A stretch of DNA of 59,142 nucleotides from an uncultured Gammaproteobacteria bacterium (GCA_964362665.1 CAYIFB010000007.1:1-59142); one strand, 5' to 3'; counted from the stretch's first letter, positions 21,033 through 30,929 are shown. The notes: generated from the letters alone by a model not told the origin. Translations and numbers: made by a program.

Positions 21033-22586
21033 ATGGCAACTTCCGCTGGTCCTCAAAACCACTCTCACCATCTTGTTCTTCTCACCTTAATTGCCGTCAT
21101 GATCTCTGTTTTTTCCATGCTTGGTATTTCTTACATCCGATTTCTTAATTCTGTGAAAAATAAGGCTCCTCAAAATTACGAGGACTGCCTCAAACTGAAA
21201 GATAGCATTATTTCACTCTCTTATCCTCAAATCTGCACCACCAAAGACGGTAAAAGCTTCGTGCAAACTTCTCTAAGCCCTACAAAAGTTTCAACTCTGG
21301 TAAATAAAATTCCTGATGGATGGACCATTTACAGCGATAATATGCTTGGAATAAGTTTTTATCATCCTAAAGATTGGTTGGTCAATGAACCCTTTACTGA
21401 CCCCGACAACGTTCCAGGCTGGGAACAAATCAACTTGGAACATGAAAACTGTACTGATCCGTCAAATTGTACTTCCAGCGCTGAAACTATCATTAATGTC
21501 CAACCCAATCCAGGGCATCTGAGTGTTCAAGAACTTCTGAAAAAATACACTCCTGCTTATCAGTCTGATCCTAAATTGATCGATAATCTATCTGTCAAAG
21601 AATTGATCAATGCCAATGGCATACATTATTTTAAAATTGAAGATACCACTGACGATGTATCCAAATACACCCGCCAGATTTTTATCTTACTCGCAGATAA
21701 AGTGGTTATTTTAAACTCGTCTCCCAGTATCTCTGGAGTATTAAAAGATTATCAAACTCCATCTGCAGTAAAAGAAATGCAGATTATTGACCAACTTCTT
21801 GAAACTATAAATTTTACAAAAAAGACTCAACCATCCGAAGTCGTTACCTGTACTTCTCCCCGGCCAAAATATTGTACTAAAGAATGTCTAACTAATCCCC
21901 CTTATTTGTGCGGCTCCAATGGTAAATCTTACTGCAGCTCCTGCCAGGCATGTGCGGACACTGAAGTTGACTGGTACCGGACACAGGATAATCCCTGCAC
22001 ATCTCCAACCACGACACTTGTTCCTGAAACTCAACCCTACAATTGTTGCGGTCAAACAGAGCTTAATCAGGGCTATGAGTGTCTGCAGGGATGCTCGGGT
22101 CCTGTGGCGCGGGAAAATGAGCCTGCTCCGCCATTTAGCTGTCTTAATCCCACAATGGCTTACTCAAGGAAAACTTTCGGCTGTCCGATTTGTCTGGCCT
22201 CAAATACCTATATCTTAACTCCTCAAGGCTCAGTTAAAGTGACTGATCTGAAAGTCGGTATGCCCGTCTGGTCTTTAGATAAAGAGGGTAATAAAATCGC
22301 CGTACCTATCTTGAGAATATCGAAAACTCGCGTTCCCCAAAACCACCGCATCAGCCATTTGGTGCTTTCTGACGGTCGTAAACTCGATGTTTCCCCAAAC
22401 CATCCTGATATTTCCGGCAAACCAATGAGCCTGCTGCAGCCTGGTGATCTTTATGATAAATCTGTGGTATTGGAAAACTCTCTTCTCCCCTATTGGGATC
22501 TCTTCACCTACGATCTCCTGCCTGATTCTGAAACAGGACTTTATTTTGCTAATGGTATTCTTCTTCAAAGCACCCTGAAATATTAA
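21033..22586 (+). CDS. Membrane-anchored protein with PsbP-like, Kazal-like and C-terminal Hint domains
   Basis: TM, ISFYHPKDW, CGSNGKSYCSSCQAC, then CLASNTYILTPQG...L.VG..V...SPNHP...YDL...YFANGIL. Confidence 0.8.
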   Translation: MATSAGPQNHSHHLVLLTLIAVMISVFSMLGISYIRFLNSVKNKAPQNYEDCLKLKDSIISLSYPQICTTKDGKSFVQTSLSPTKVSTLVNKIPDGWTIYSDNMLGISFYHPKDWLVNEPFTDPDNVPGWEQINLEHENCTDPSNCTSSAETIINVQPNPGHLSVQELLKKYTPAYQSDPKLIDNLSVKELINANGIHYFKIEDTTDDVSKYTRQIFILLADKVVILNSSPSISGVLKDYQTPSAVKEMQIIDQLLETINFTKKTQPSEVVTCTSPRPKYCTKECLTNPPYLCGSNGKSYCSSCQACADTEVDWYRTQDNPCTSPTTTLVPETQPYNCCGQTELNQGYECLQGCSGPVARENEPAPPFSCLNPTMAYSRKTFGCPICLASNTYILTPQGSVKVTDLKVGMPVWSLDKEGNKIAVPILRISKTRVPQNHRISHLVLSDGRKLDVSPNHPDISGKPMSLLQPGDLYDKSVVLENSLLPYWDLFTYDLLPDSETGLYFANGILLQSTLKY

Positions 22587-22669
22587 TTTTTTCGACTAGA
22601 TCAAAAAACTAGTTTTTACCACGATTTTAAAGTAAAATACTCGTCTAGGTTATTAATAATTAATAGTTT

Positions 22670-22915
22670 ATGAGCTGTGAAGTCGAAGGTTTTTTGGGAG
22701 GGGTATGCAGAAATGCACAAATAAATAAGCGAGATTTTTGCCAAGCCAGAGATCAGGCTGCCGCTGATCTTCAACACTCTGCAAATGACTCTCTGCTTGG
22801 AGAGCAGGTAGACGGCTTAGCAACAGACGTCGCCCGGACATATGCCGGATGTCCTCATTTGGTTGAAGTAATCGCAGGAATAAGACAAGAATTAGCAAGA
22901 AGGCGAGCATCGTAA
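22670..22915 (+). CDS. Small hypothetical protein
   Basis: 81 aa ORF starting with ATG after an AT-rich -10-like sequence; no family recognised. Confidence 0.45.
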   Translation: MSCEVEGFLGGVCRNAQINKRDFCQARDQAAADLQHSANDSLLGEQVDGLATDVARTYAGCPHLVEVIAGIRQELARRRAS

Positions 22916-22972
22916 AACCCAAATCCACTTTCCTAAATCACCATCCAGCCAGATTTGACAGGATATATTGCA

Positions 22973-23215
22973 CTATCCATACACTCCCTGCCTGTGGGCG
23001 ATAGAATAAATAACTACAGAATTAGATTTCACTTCGTAGATAATCCTATAAGGCCAAGCACGCAACGACCTCAAACCTTCCATCTCTCCTTTTAACTGTT
23101 TCCCTATTAATGGTTCTGTAAGTAATAACTCCAATTTTCTGATTATTTTTTTGACCGCCATCTTGGGAAGTTTTTTGAGTTGCTTCACGGCTTGAGGCTT
23201 GTATTCCAGATTCAT
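22973..23215 (-). CDS. RelE/ParE family toxin
   Basis: A.KQLKKL...GKQLKG...LR..PYRIIY...IAHR; overlaps the antitoxin stop. Confidence 0.88.
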   Translation of the reverse strand: MNLEYKPQAVKQLKKLPKMAVKKIIRKLELLLTEPLIGKQLKGEMEGLRSLRAWPYRIIYEVKSNSVVIYSIAHRQGVYG

Positions 23216-23487
23216 GTTTTAAGCCCTAAGGCTTTCAGAAGATTTTGATGGGATACTGTTTTCTTTTCTTTTTTGGCTTGCCTCACAGCCTGTATTTCCT
23301 CACGGCTAGCTAGAATATCCAAAGTCTCCTGCCATGCTTCAAGCTCGGCTTTACTCATAAGAATCACTGATTCTTCACTTCCTCTTAGAGTGATTTCATA
23401 GGTTTTTAACCCTTTGCTGGCAGATTTCACCAGATCATAAAGATTCTTTCTTGCCTCACTGGCGGTATAAGTGATTGTATTATTCAT
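23212..23487 (-). CDS. Phd/YefM family antitoxin
   Basis: TASEARKNLYDLV...ILMS..E.EAWQETL.IL pattern. Confidence 0.88.
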   Translation of the reverse strand: MNNTITYTASEARKNLYDLVKSASKGLKTYEITLRGSEESVILMSKAELEAWQETLDILASREEIQAVRQAKKEKKTVSHQNLLKALGLKT

Positions 23488-23497
23488 ATATCATATA

Positions 23498-23525
23498 ACG
23501 TACCATTAATCGTACGTATTGTCAA
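23498..23525 (-). promoter_or_regulatory. TA promoter with palindromic operator ACGTAC-N8-GTACGT
   Basis: TTGACA on the minus strand at 23520-23525; the palindrome overlaps the spacer and -10 region. Confidence 0.6.
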
Positions 23526-23968
23526 ATATTTAATATATATAATGATAGCAAGGAAATTATCGGATAAGAAATAAACCCGTATTTTGCCGATACCCGCCAC
23601 TGCAACTTGTCCTGCCAGCCGGGAAGAGCTATACCGAAGATCATTAGAATCTGTTCAGTTAAATCAGGCAAAACTCCTGCGACCCCGCCGGCAAGCAGCC
23701 AAAATTGATGAAAATGAAAAAGAATCCAGAGAAAACTAATTGCAGAAAGTAAATAATCAACGCTCATCACTCCCAGAATAGTTAATAACCTCTTTTTGGG
23801 GAAAGTAAAAAATTCTCTGAGTGTAATACCCGGTTTCAAATCAAAGTCATTATGGGGGGTTAAATCTAAGACAAAATGCGATAAAAATGCCAAAGGCAGT
23901 CCTATTTTAGGATCAGGAAACAGCTTCATAATGGCAACGCCAGTCAAAAAATGCGGAGTATAGAGCAT
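23522..23968 (-). CDS. Hypothetical membrane protein, possible metal-dependent hydrolase
   Basis: H..SHFVLD.TPH.D and LPD motifs; several TM helices. Confidence 0.65.
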   Translation of the reverse strand: MLYTPHFLTGVAIMKLFPDPKIGLPLAFLSHFVLDLTPHNDFDLKPGITLREFFTFPKKRLLTILGVMSVDYLLSAISFLWILFHFHQFWLLAGGVAGVLPDLTEQILMIFGIALPGWQDKLQWRVSAKYGFISYPIISLLSLYILNI

Positions 23969-23980
23969 GGTTGAAATGTA

Positions 23981-24631
23981 TTATAAAAATAAGGTTACCG
24001 TCATGTTCCAGAAAGCATGAAGAAGAATCGGCAAGGTAAGCGAACCGCGCAGCGAAAAAAGATAGGAATTGGTGATTCCCAAAAGCAGGATAGAGATCGG
24101 ATAAATAATCAGGCTTGAGCCCGTCAGATGAAGCCTCGTGAACATAATCGGAACATGAAGAAGCAGAAATAAAAACGAAGAGGTTAAAGCTGCAGAAAAT
24201 TGGTTATTAGTAATTTTATAAAGCCTCTGGTAAAGGTATCCCCTGCCTAAAATCTCCTCCCACACTGAGGTCACCAGATTTATCAGAAAAAACACTCCCA
24301 CCCCGCTTGTGACTTTCATCGCCTGGCTGGCACTGAAGGAAAAATTTCCGTGCTTGAGAAAATTTGCCCCCAATCCTTCCAAAGCAAATAAAGTCCCCAG
24401 AGCTACACCAAAATATAGATCGGTCATGAATTCTTTGGGAGTAGGTTTTAATCCTAAATCTGACAAATCCCCTCTTTCCCTGATAAGAACAAGGTAAAGA
24501 ATAGGGAAGGCAAAAATTACAGGCTTGGCTACAAACTCATCGATCCATTCGGGGAGGTTAAAATAGGCCCGGTAAAAAGCCCAGACGAGAAAAATTGCAA
24601 ACCAGACTAAAAAAACCACTCTTTTCCTCAT
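23981..24631 (-). CDS. CPBP/CAAX (Abi) intramembrane metalloprotease
   Basis: EEILGRG, F.LLH and HAFWN motifs. Confidence 0.88.
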   Translation of the reverse strand: MRKRVVFLVWFAIFLVWAFYRAYFNLPEWIDEFVAKPVIFAFPILYLVLIRERGDLSDLGLKPTPKEFMTDLYFGVALGTLFALEGLGANFLKHGNFSFSASQAMKVTSGVGVFFLINLVTSVWEEILGRGYLYQRLYKITNNQFSAALTSSFLFLLLHVPIMFTRLHLTGSSLIIYPISILLLGITNSYLFSLRGSLTLPILLHAFWNMTVTLFL

Positions 24632-24723
24632 ACATCCATTGTAATCACTTTTCTAAATCAGTAGCAAGAGGGAGTAGAGGGATATCTTACAAGCAAGGAA
24701 ATTGAATTCTGCAAACATTAACT

Positions 24724-24999
24724 TCACATATATTGTATCTCAAACCCCGCAAACTCTCCCTTAGCTTCTCCCCATTTCACATCCACCTTCTCTACCATCG
24801 CCACATCCGGTCCATGATGGCAACGTTTTATAAACTCATCAAGCTGTTCTTTTTCACCTTCTGCAACAATCTCAACCTGTCCTTTGAAAACATTTCTTAC
24901 CCAGCCGGTCAGTTTCAAAAGTTGTGCCCGTCGAAGTGTCCAATATCTAAACCCTACCCCGGTCACATCACCATTAATTAGTACGTGTATTCTCTGCAT
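24724..24999 (-). CDS. acyP: Acylphosphatase
   Basis: G.V.GVGFR, L.GWVRN and GP..A.V motifs. Confidence 0.92.
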   Translation of the reverse strand: MQRIHVLINGDVTGVGFRYWTLRRAQLLKLTGWVRNVFKGQVEIVAEGEKEQLDEFIKRCHHGPDVAMVEKVDVKWGEAKGEFAGFEIQYM

Positions 25000-25001
25000 T
25001 T

Positions 25002-25565
25002 CTACGGCAAAATCCTTGCTCCGGCAACGGCAAAAATATAGTTTCTGATCGTGCGGCCGATAAGAGTAGCCAAATAATATTTATAAATCGAATAGCCCAT
25101 GGAGCCTGCCAGGATACCGACGTAATCAAATATCGGGAGTGGAATCATAGCAATGATAAGTATCGTCAAAAAACCGTGCTGGTGGAATATTTTTTTGAAA
25201 GCTATCCATAATTTAATCTTGTTTTTGGATTGACTGATTATTCCGCTTCCGCCATATCCGACCATATAACCTGTAAGTTCACCGATTGATGTTCCGATGC
25301 CAGAGACCAAACCAACCAAAAGAGGATTCCAGACAGCTCCACCTATAAAAATACTGGCTGCCCCGGGTATGGGAAAAACTACAGACGCGCTTGAAAGAAG
25401 ATTTATAAGAAATATTCCTAAAAGGCCATAATGAGTGTAATTAACTAGAGTACTTCTTAGAGAGAAGATCAATAACATAATCAATAAAGTAACGATTAGG
25501 ATAATCATCCGGATGAGACGTTGTTTCTCTGTTAAAGATTGATTTTTATTCTTTTCTTTTTTCAT
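25002..25565 (-). CDS. VTT / SNARE-associated (DedA-like) membrane protein
   Basis: PIPG, G..IGELTGY.VG, P.PIFD..GILAG and GR.IR motifs; start uncertain. Confidence 0.8.
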   Translation of the reverse strand: MKKEKNKNQSLTEKQRLIRMIILIVTLLIMLLIFSLRSTLVNYTHYGLLGIFLINLLSSASVVFPIPGAASIFIGGAVWNPLLVGLVSGIGTSIGELTGYMVGYGGSGIISQSKNKIKLWIAFKKIFHQHGFLTILIIAMIPLPIFDYVGILAGSMGYSIYKYYLATLIGRTIRNYIFAVAGARILP

Positions 25566-25572
25566 AAATTTC

Positions 25573-25917
25573 TTAAAAAGGTATATCCTCAATTAACTTT
25601 TTATTTTTAACTTTTGTTTTATCCTCCGTAGCCTTGGCAGAAGAGGACCATGCCCCGAGTTCCTTCAATTTCCACATGAATAGAGCCCCTTTTCTTTTGA
25701 CGTTGGCATCTTTGACAAAAGACAGGGCTTTCTCAAGAAGCGCCCGCGGAACGGTCTTGGCAAGCCGCATGTATAAAGATTTGTGCTTGAAGTCGTTCAA
25801 CTGTTCACAGAGATAATATCCGTAGGACTGAAACTCCCGGGAAATGTATTTATCCTCAAGAGGATTAAATCCTATCAGGATATTACCGATTGTTTGCATG
25901 GAAGAAGTTTTATTCAT
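25573..25917 (-). CDS. Hypothetical protein
   Basis: 114 aa, overlaps the folC stop; palindromic insert near the C-terminus (SSSAKATEDK). Confidence 0.7.
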   Translation of the reverse strand: MNKTSSMQTIGNILIGFNPLEDKYISREFQSYGYYLCEQLNDFKHKSLYMRLAKTVPRALLEKALSFVKDANVKRKGALFMWKLKELGAWSSSAKATEDKTKVKNKKLIEDIPF

Positions 25918-27335
25918 TTTAGAAATTTTTTTACCTCCCCGACCAGGTATAAAGATCCCGTGACTAAAATTATATCAGTGAGACTCGAAAAATTCTTCGA
26001 ATTTTTCGCCAGTCGAACTGATCCCGAGCGAAGTCGAGGGATCTTCATCCGCAGAATCTTTTCAACCGCACTTAGCGGATGGACACTTACCTTCACTTTA
26101 ATTTTACTATTAATTTCTTTAATTATCTCTATCAACTCCTCCGGCTCATAGGAAAACGTGTCCCCTAAGTCTGTTGTCAACCGGAATTTGGTAAAAATAA
26201 CCTCATGGCAGATAGGTAGAATTTCTTTGAGAATTCCATAAGCGTCTTTTCCACTTTTGATGGCTATAACTGCTGTTAATCGTCTCTCTGGATAAATCCT
26301 TTTAATGGCTGTCACCAACGCTTTTATCTTGTCCGGATTATGCGCTCCGTCCAAAATAACGGTCGGGTGTTTCTTAATAATCTCAAGCCTGCCGGGAATA
26401 AAAGCATCTAATAATCCTTTTCTTATTTCATTATTGGATAATTGGATAATTGGATAATTGGATAATTCAATTGCCCTCAGAGCAATTGCTGCATTTTCCA
26501 CCTGGTGCTCGCCTAATAAAGACAACTTGAGGTTTTTATATGTATGATCTCCGAAATAATCAAAAACACTCCCCTTCTCACCCAACTTTTTCAGTTTGAA
26601 TGAAAAATCTCTATTTAACAGGGATACTTTTGCCTTCTGCCTATTCCCTGTTGCTTCAATAATCTTAATTACCGACGGCTGTCCGGCTCCGGTGACGATT
26701 TTGATTCCGGATTTAATTATTCCTGCTTTATCCATCGCGATCTTTTCCACCGTATCACCTAAAACTTCAGTGTGATCGAGTCCTACATTTGTTAAAACTG
26801 CGACCAATGGTTTGATGACGTTTGTAGCGTCAAATTTCCCTCCCATGCCTACCTCGATTACTGCAATATCCACTTTTTGCTTTTTAAAATATAAAAAAGC
26901 CATCCCTGTCACAATCTCAAAATAACTTGGTTTACCCAATTTGCTATTTTCAACTTTATTTATTGCTGGATAAACATCATTTATTAAATCAACAAACTCC
27001 TTGTCTGAAATATCTTTCATAAGAGGACCCCTTGCAGAACTTGCAAGGGGTCCTCTTGAAAAAATTCTTATCCTTTCATTAATTCGTACCAAGTGCGGTG
27101 ACGTATGCAATCCGACTTTGTATTGTGTAGCAAGTATTGAAGCAATAATGGTAGCCGTCGATCCCTTACCCGATGTTCCTCCAATGTGGATTATGGGATA
27201 GTTTAATTGCGGGTTACCTAATAAACTAACTAACTGTTCCATCCTCTCTAACCCCAAACTTCCGGGATGCTTTTTATCCGGAGTCGGAATAAATCTCTCC
27301 AAATACTTGACGGCATCTTCAAATGTTCGTATCAT
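25914..27335 (-). CDS. folC: Folylpolyglutamate/dihydrofolate synthase
   Basis: GTSGKGS, TSPHL...NERI, EVGMGG.FDATN, DGAHNP and TGSLYLVG motifs; several inserts. Confidence 0.93.
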   Translation of the reverse strand: MIRTFEDAVKYLERFIPTPDKKHPGSLGLERMEQLVSLLGNPQLNYPIIHIGGTSGKGSTATIIASILATQYKVGLHTSPHLVRINERIRIFSRGPLASSARGPLMKDISDKEFVDLINDVYPAINKVENSKLGKPSYFEIVTGMAFLYFKKQKVDIAVIEVGMGGKFDATNVIKPLVAVLTNVGLDHTEVLGDTVEKIAMDKAGIIKSGIKIVTGAGQPSVIKIIEATGNRQKAKVSLLNRDFSFKLKKLGEKGSVFDYFGDHTYKNLKLSLLGEHQVENAAIALRAIELSNYPIIQLSNNEIRKGLLDAFIPGRLEIIKKHPTVILDGAHNPDKIKALVTAIKRIYPERRLTAVIAIKSGKDAYGILKEILPICHEVIFTKFRLTTDLGDTFSYEPEELIEIIKEINSKIKVKVSVHPLSAVEKILRMKIPRLRSGSVRLAKNSKNFSSLTDIILVTGSLYLVGEVKKFLK

Positions 27336-27362
27336 AACCAGTGAATTATATCCTACTTATTT

Positions 27363-27488
27363 TGCCATTGCAGATTTTCTGTAATTTTTATTAGCAAATG
27401 GTGAAAGTGGGGAAACGGCGTGCCCCTACGCCGAGGGAACCCCCTGACCACCTGAGCTTAGAAAAATCAGAAAATATGCACTTGGCCA
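27363..27488. other. Long nested stem-loop between divergent folC and SDR genes
   Basis: TGCA.ATTTTCTG/CAGAAAAT.TGCA outer stem; inner TGGT/ACCA, GGGG/CCCC and GGCGT/ACGCC stems. Confidence 0.55.
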
Positions 27489-27536
27489 CCCTTTCTTTTT
27501 CCTATTTCTTTGGGTGCACAAAGAAATAGGACGATA

Positions 27537-28265
27537 ATGATGAATAATCTCTCAAATAAAATTGCCTTAGTCACGGGAAGCGCCAAAAACCTCGGCCGCG
27601 CCATCGCCCTTGATCTTGCCAAACAAGGAACGAAAATTGTGATCCATTATCAGACAAGTAAACAAGAAGCAGAAAAGACGCTTAATGACATTCAAAAATA
27701 TTCTGACGGGATTATGGTTCAAGCCGACTTGACCCGCGAAAAAGAAGTAATTAATTTATTTCAAACTGTTAAAAAAGAATTGGGAATTGTCGATATTCTG
27801 GTGAATACGATCGGAAACTTCATTTTCGAACCAATCACCTCAACTACTTTTGCCAAATTCAAAGATGTCATCGGATCCAACCTCTACTCTACCTTTCTCT
27901 GCTGCCAGCAGGCACTGCCAACAATGCAAAAGAAAAAGTGGGGGCGTATTATAAACTTCGGCTGTGTCGGAGCGGATAATCTGACCATCCGCGAAAAAAC
28001 TACCCCTTATTACATCGCAAAATCTGGAGTTATCATGCTGACTAAAGTTTTGGCTTACGAATACGCCAAATACGGAATTACCATCAATAGCATTTTGCCC
28101 GGGATACTTCAGACCAGCGTAGCCAAACCAAAAACCCCAACAGGTAAATTTGCTCAATTCGAAGATATTATCAATGCAATTAACTTTCTTCTCAAAGACG
28201 GTTCTAATTATGTCAACGGTGCCAATCTGGAAGTCGCCGGAGGCTGGCGACCGGGTTACCAATAA
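27537..28265 (+). CDS. SDR family oxidoreductase (possibly pteridine reductase/FolM-like)
   Basis: VTGSAKNLG, IHYQTS, YYIAK and V.G..L.V.GG motifs; divergent from folC. Confidence 0.85.
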   Translation: MMNNLSNKIALVTGSAKNLGRAIALDLAKQGTKIVIHYQTSKQEAEKTLNDIQKYSDGIMVQADLTREKEVINLFQTVKKELGIVDILVNTIGNFIFEPITSTTFAKFKDVIGSNLYSTFLCCQQALPTMQKKKWGRIINFGCVGADNLTIREKTTPYYIAKSGVIMLTKVLAYEYAKYGITINSILPGILQTSVAKPKTPTGKFAQFEDIINAINFLLKDGSNYVNGANLEVAGGWRPGYQ

Positions 28266-28291
28266 GTATAGTTTTATGTTAATATATTTTT

Positions 28292-28858
28292 ATGGATTCT
28301 GCCCAACTTCCAATATCGCCATCGGTTAACCAAATTGACAAACCCGCGACCTCACAGCTGTCAGATTACACCGGAAGCATGTGGGACACTTTTGAACATG
28401 TACTCCTGTTTATCAGTCTAGGTGTGCTGGCAACCAATATTGCCTTACTGCTTCACCATTTTGTCAATATCTGGATAAAAGTTCCTACCCAATTGTCAGA
28501 TCAATATGGCTTATCCTATCTGGAAGACGTCTTTTTAAATACATTTATCCGGGGTTTTATGGCTGCAATCATTGTCTCCTATCCTGTCTTTTCTTTTTTA
28601 TTCCTGAAAATAACCAAAAGAACTCTGGAAAATCCAAATAACCGAAGTTTGAAAGCCAGAAAAGTTTTAATCTATATCACATTGATCATTACTTTTTTAT
28701 TAGTACTCGCCAATATTATTACACTTGTTTATAACTTATTAGGAGGCAATATCAATCTTAATTTTGTCAGTCATTTTCTAGTTACGGTCACAATTGCCGG
28801 AATAATTTTTGGCTATTATCTTGAACAAATCAAAGAGGACAGAAAAATCTATGCGTAA
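28292..28858 (+). CDS. DUF5671-like membrane protein
   Basis: Four TM helices; IR..MA.IIV.YPVF and RK.LIY.TL...IF.YY pattern. Confidence 0.65.
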   Translation: MDSAQLPISPSVNQIDKPATSQLSDYTGSMWDTFEHVLLFISLGVLATNIALLLHHFVNIWIKVPTQLSDQYGLSYLEDVFLNTFIRGFMAAIIVSYPVFSFLFLKITKRTLENPNNRSLKARKVLIYITLIITFLLVLANIITLVYNLLGGNINLNFVSHFLVTVTIAGIIFGYYLEQIKEDRKIYA

Positions 28859-29564
28859 ATATAATTATTTTATCGTTGTATTGGGAATATTCGTCGTAAT
28901 TTTAATGATTATTGGTTTTAGCCTTACCGGTACGCCTTATTCTATCCAAAATGATATCAAAGACCGGCAGAGAATCGCTGACTTTTCTCTGATAAAGGGA
29001 GAGATCAATTCATATTATCAAACAAATAACCAGCTGCCCCAGCGTCTGAACCAATTATCCTCTCTGGTGAAATTGAAGGATCCATATCTGAACACGGATT
29101 ATGTCTATCAAATTGACGGCAAAAATACTTATAAACTTTGCACCTCTTTTGACACAGATACGAATAGAAGTAAAACCGACAGGGCCCGTAATAATTACGC
29201 CATTCCGGAACAAAGCCACTCAAAAGGTTATTACTGCCTCACTTACCTTATCCCCAGCTATATGATCAAAGCCCCTTCCTCTACCCCGTCTCCAAACACC
29301 TGCAAAGGAGAGTGGATTGGTGGAGAGTGTTTATCTGAGATGTGTCAGGATTCTGACGGAGAAAATATCTATAAGAAAGGCAGTGTGGCTTATAAAGTGA
29401 AAGATAATGAAAACTTTGATGTTTTATATGATTATTGCCCTGATGCCAAACACGTTTATGAAAAAAGCTGTCAATCGTCTGATAAAGGAGATGGAAGGTA
29501 TGTAATTGTCAGCACTCTTATTAACTGTCCTAACGGCTGTCTTGATGGAACATGTAGCCGTTAA
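28851..29564 (+). CDS. Membrane-anchored pilin-like protein with Cys-rich C-terminus
   Basis: TM, D.QR..D...I...I..YY.....LP..L..L...DP...Y.Y.....YKLC..F; CQDSDG and CPNGCLDG.C. Confidence 0.6.
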   Translation: MRKYNYFIVVLGIFVVILMIIGFSLTGTPYSIQNDIKDRQRIADFSLIKGEINSYYQTNNQLPQRLNQLSSLVKLKDPYLNTDYVYQIDGKNTYKLCTSFDTDTNRSKTDRARNNYAIPEQSHSKGYYCLTYLIPSYMIKAPSSTPSPNTCKGEWIGGECLSEMCQDSDGENIYKKGSVAYKVKDNENFDVLYDYCPDAKHVYEKSCQSSDKGDGRYVIVSTLINCPNGCLDGTCSR

Positions 29565-29618
29565 TGAATATTTAATCCTCTTGACACTTAGTTTTAATTT
29601 GCCTAAAATGTGTAGCAA

Positions 29619-30254
29619 ATGAAAAAAGAAAAAATTCTCTCATTAATAATGTTTTCAATTCTTGGTTTAATAGCGCTTCAAATTCCCTTTACCAGACTTC
29701 TTGGATCAAACGTCAAATTCACGCTATTTGATTTCCTGGCTCCGACTGTGGGAGCATTCCTTGGTACTCTACCCGGAATAATATCGGTCTTAACTATGCA
29801 GGTTGTAAATCTCATCCTGCACGGCGGAAAGTTTGACATGGGTGGAATAATCCGCCTCGTCCCCACTCTTTTTGCGGTTGCCTATTTTGCCAAAAAAAGA
29901 TCATCGAATTTTATCGTTCCAGTTTTTTGCATCATTGCCTTTAATCTAAATCCAATCGGCCGCTCTGCCTGGCAGTATTCCATGTTTTGGCTGATTCCGA
30001 TTGCTGCACATTTTTTCAGAAAAAACCTCTTTGTCAAAAGTTTGGGGGCAACATTTACTGCTCATGCCGTAGGAGGCGCTTTGTGGGTCTGGACATTCGG
30101 TCTTTCGAAACAAATATGGCTTTCTTTAATACCACAGGTAATCCTCGAAAGAACTGCTATGGCTGTGGGGATTACCGTTTTTTATCTCTTGGTAAATGCG
30201 TGCTTAAAATATTTGACTTCGAAAAATATTCTTCACATCAAATATTCCGTATAA
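29619..30254 (+). CDS. Integral membrane protein, ECF S-component-like
   Basis: About 6 TM helices, P..GAFLG...G motif; promoter TTGACA-17-TAAAAT at 29581-29609. Confidence 0.55.
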   Translation: MKKEKILSLIMFSILGLIALQIPFTRLLGSNVKFTLFDFLAPTVGAFLGTLPGIISVLTMQVVNLILHGGKFDMGGIIRLVPTLFAVAYFAKKRSSNFIVPVFCIIAFNLNPIGRSAWQYSMFWLIPIAAHFFRKNLFVKSLGATFTAHAVGGALWVWTFGLSKQIWLSLIPQVILERTAMAVGITVFYLLVNACLKYLTSKNILHIKYSV

Positions 30255-30295
30255 TACTACTAAGATCTAATCACTTGTTTGGAATTTGGATTTTA

Positions 30296-30898
30296 TCAGT
30301 TAAACCTGTTCATCGCTTTCTCAATACCGTCTTTAAGACACGTCTGGATAGCCTGGCTGGCATGCTTGACCAGCTTCTTGGCATCTCCTGCCTCAGAGTC
30401 CATAAAGGACGACAGGACAAACTTTTCAACCAAACTTCTGGAGATGTTTTTTTTGGATGTTTTTTTAGGATCTTTCATTCCGCGTCCAATTCCTAGCCGG
30501 ATTCGCACAAAATCATTTTGCCCCAAAATCTCGATGGCAGACTTGATGCCGTTATGTCCGGCGCTTCCCCCTCCGCGTCTGATTCTAACTTTCCCCAAAG
30601 GCAAATCAATATCATCATGTACCACCCAAATATCAGATGTCGCAATTTTATAAAAATTACTGATTGAAGAGATGGCAAATCCCGAGTTGTTCATATAGGT
30701 TTGAGGCTTAATTAAGATTAGTTTGTCGCTGATTTTGCAGATTTCCGATTTGAATTTATCATCCATCTTCCAGGCTCTTAAACTTCTGAAAAGAGGAAGA
30801 AGATCTTTAGCGAGGCGTTCTACCACCATAAATCCTACATTGTGCCTGGCGTATTTATATTTATGTCCCGGATTACCCAGTCCTGCGACTAAAATCAT
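30296..30898 (-). CDS. pth: Peptidyl-tRNA hydrolase
   Basis: GLGNPG..Y...RHNVGF, KPQTYMN.SG, HDDIDL and GHNG motifs. Confidence 0.96.
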   Translation of the reverse strand: MILVAGLGNPGHKYKYARHNVGFMVVERLAKDLLPLFRSLRAWKMDDKFKSEICKISDKLILIKPQTYMNNSGFAISSISNFYKIATSDIWVVHDDIDLPLGKVRIRRGGGSAGHNGIKSAIEILGQNDFVRIRLGIGRGMKDPKKTSKKNISRSLVEKFVLSSFMDSEAGDAKKLVKHASQAIQTCLKDGIEKAMNRFN

Positions 30899-30929
30899 AA
30901 TGCTTATTCCAGTTATTATAATTTATTTT

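Noticed and set aside
21033-22586. Canonical splicing intein
   Set aside because: No terminal His-Asn, no endonuclease domain and no real C-extein; treated as a Hint cleavage domain instead.
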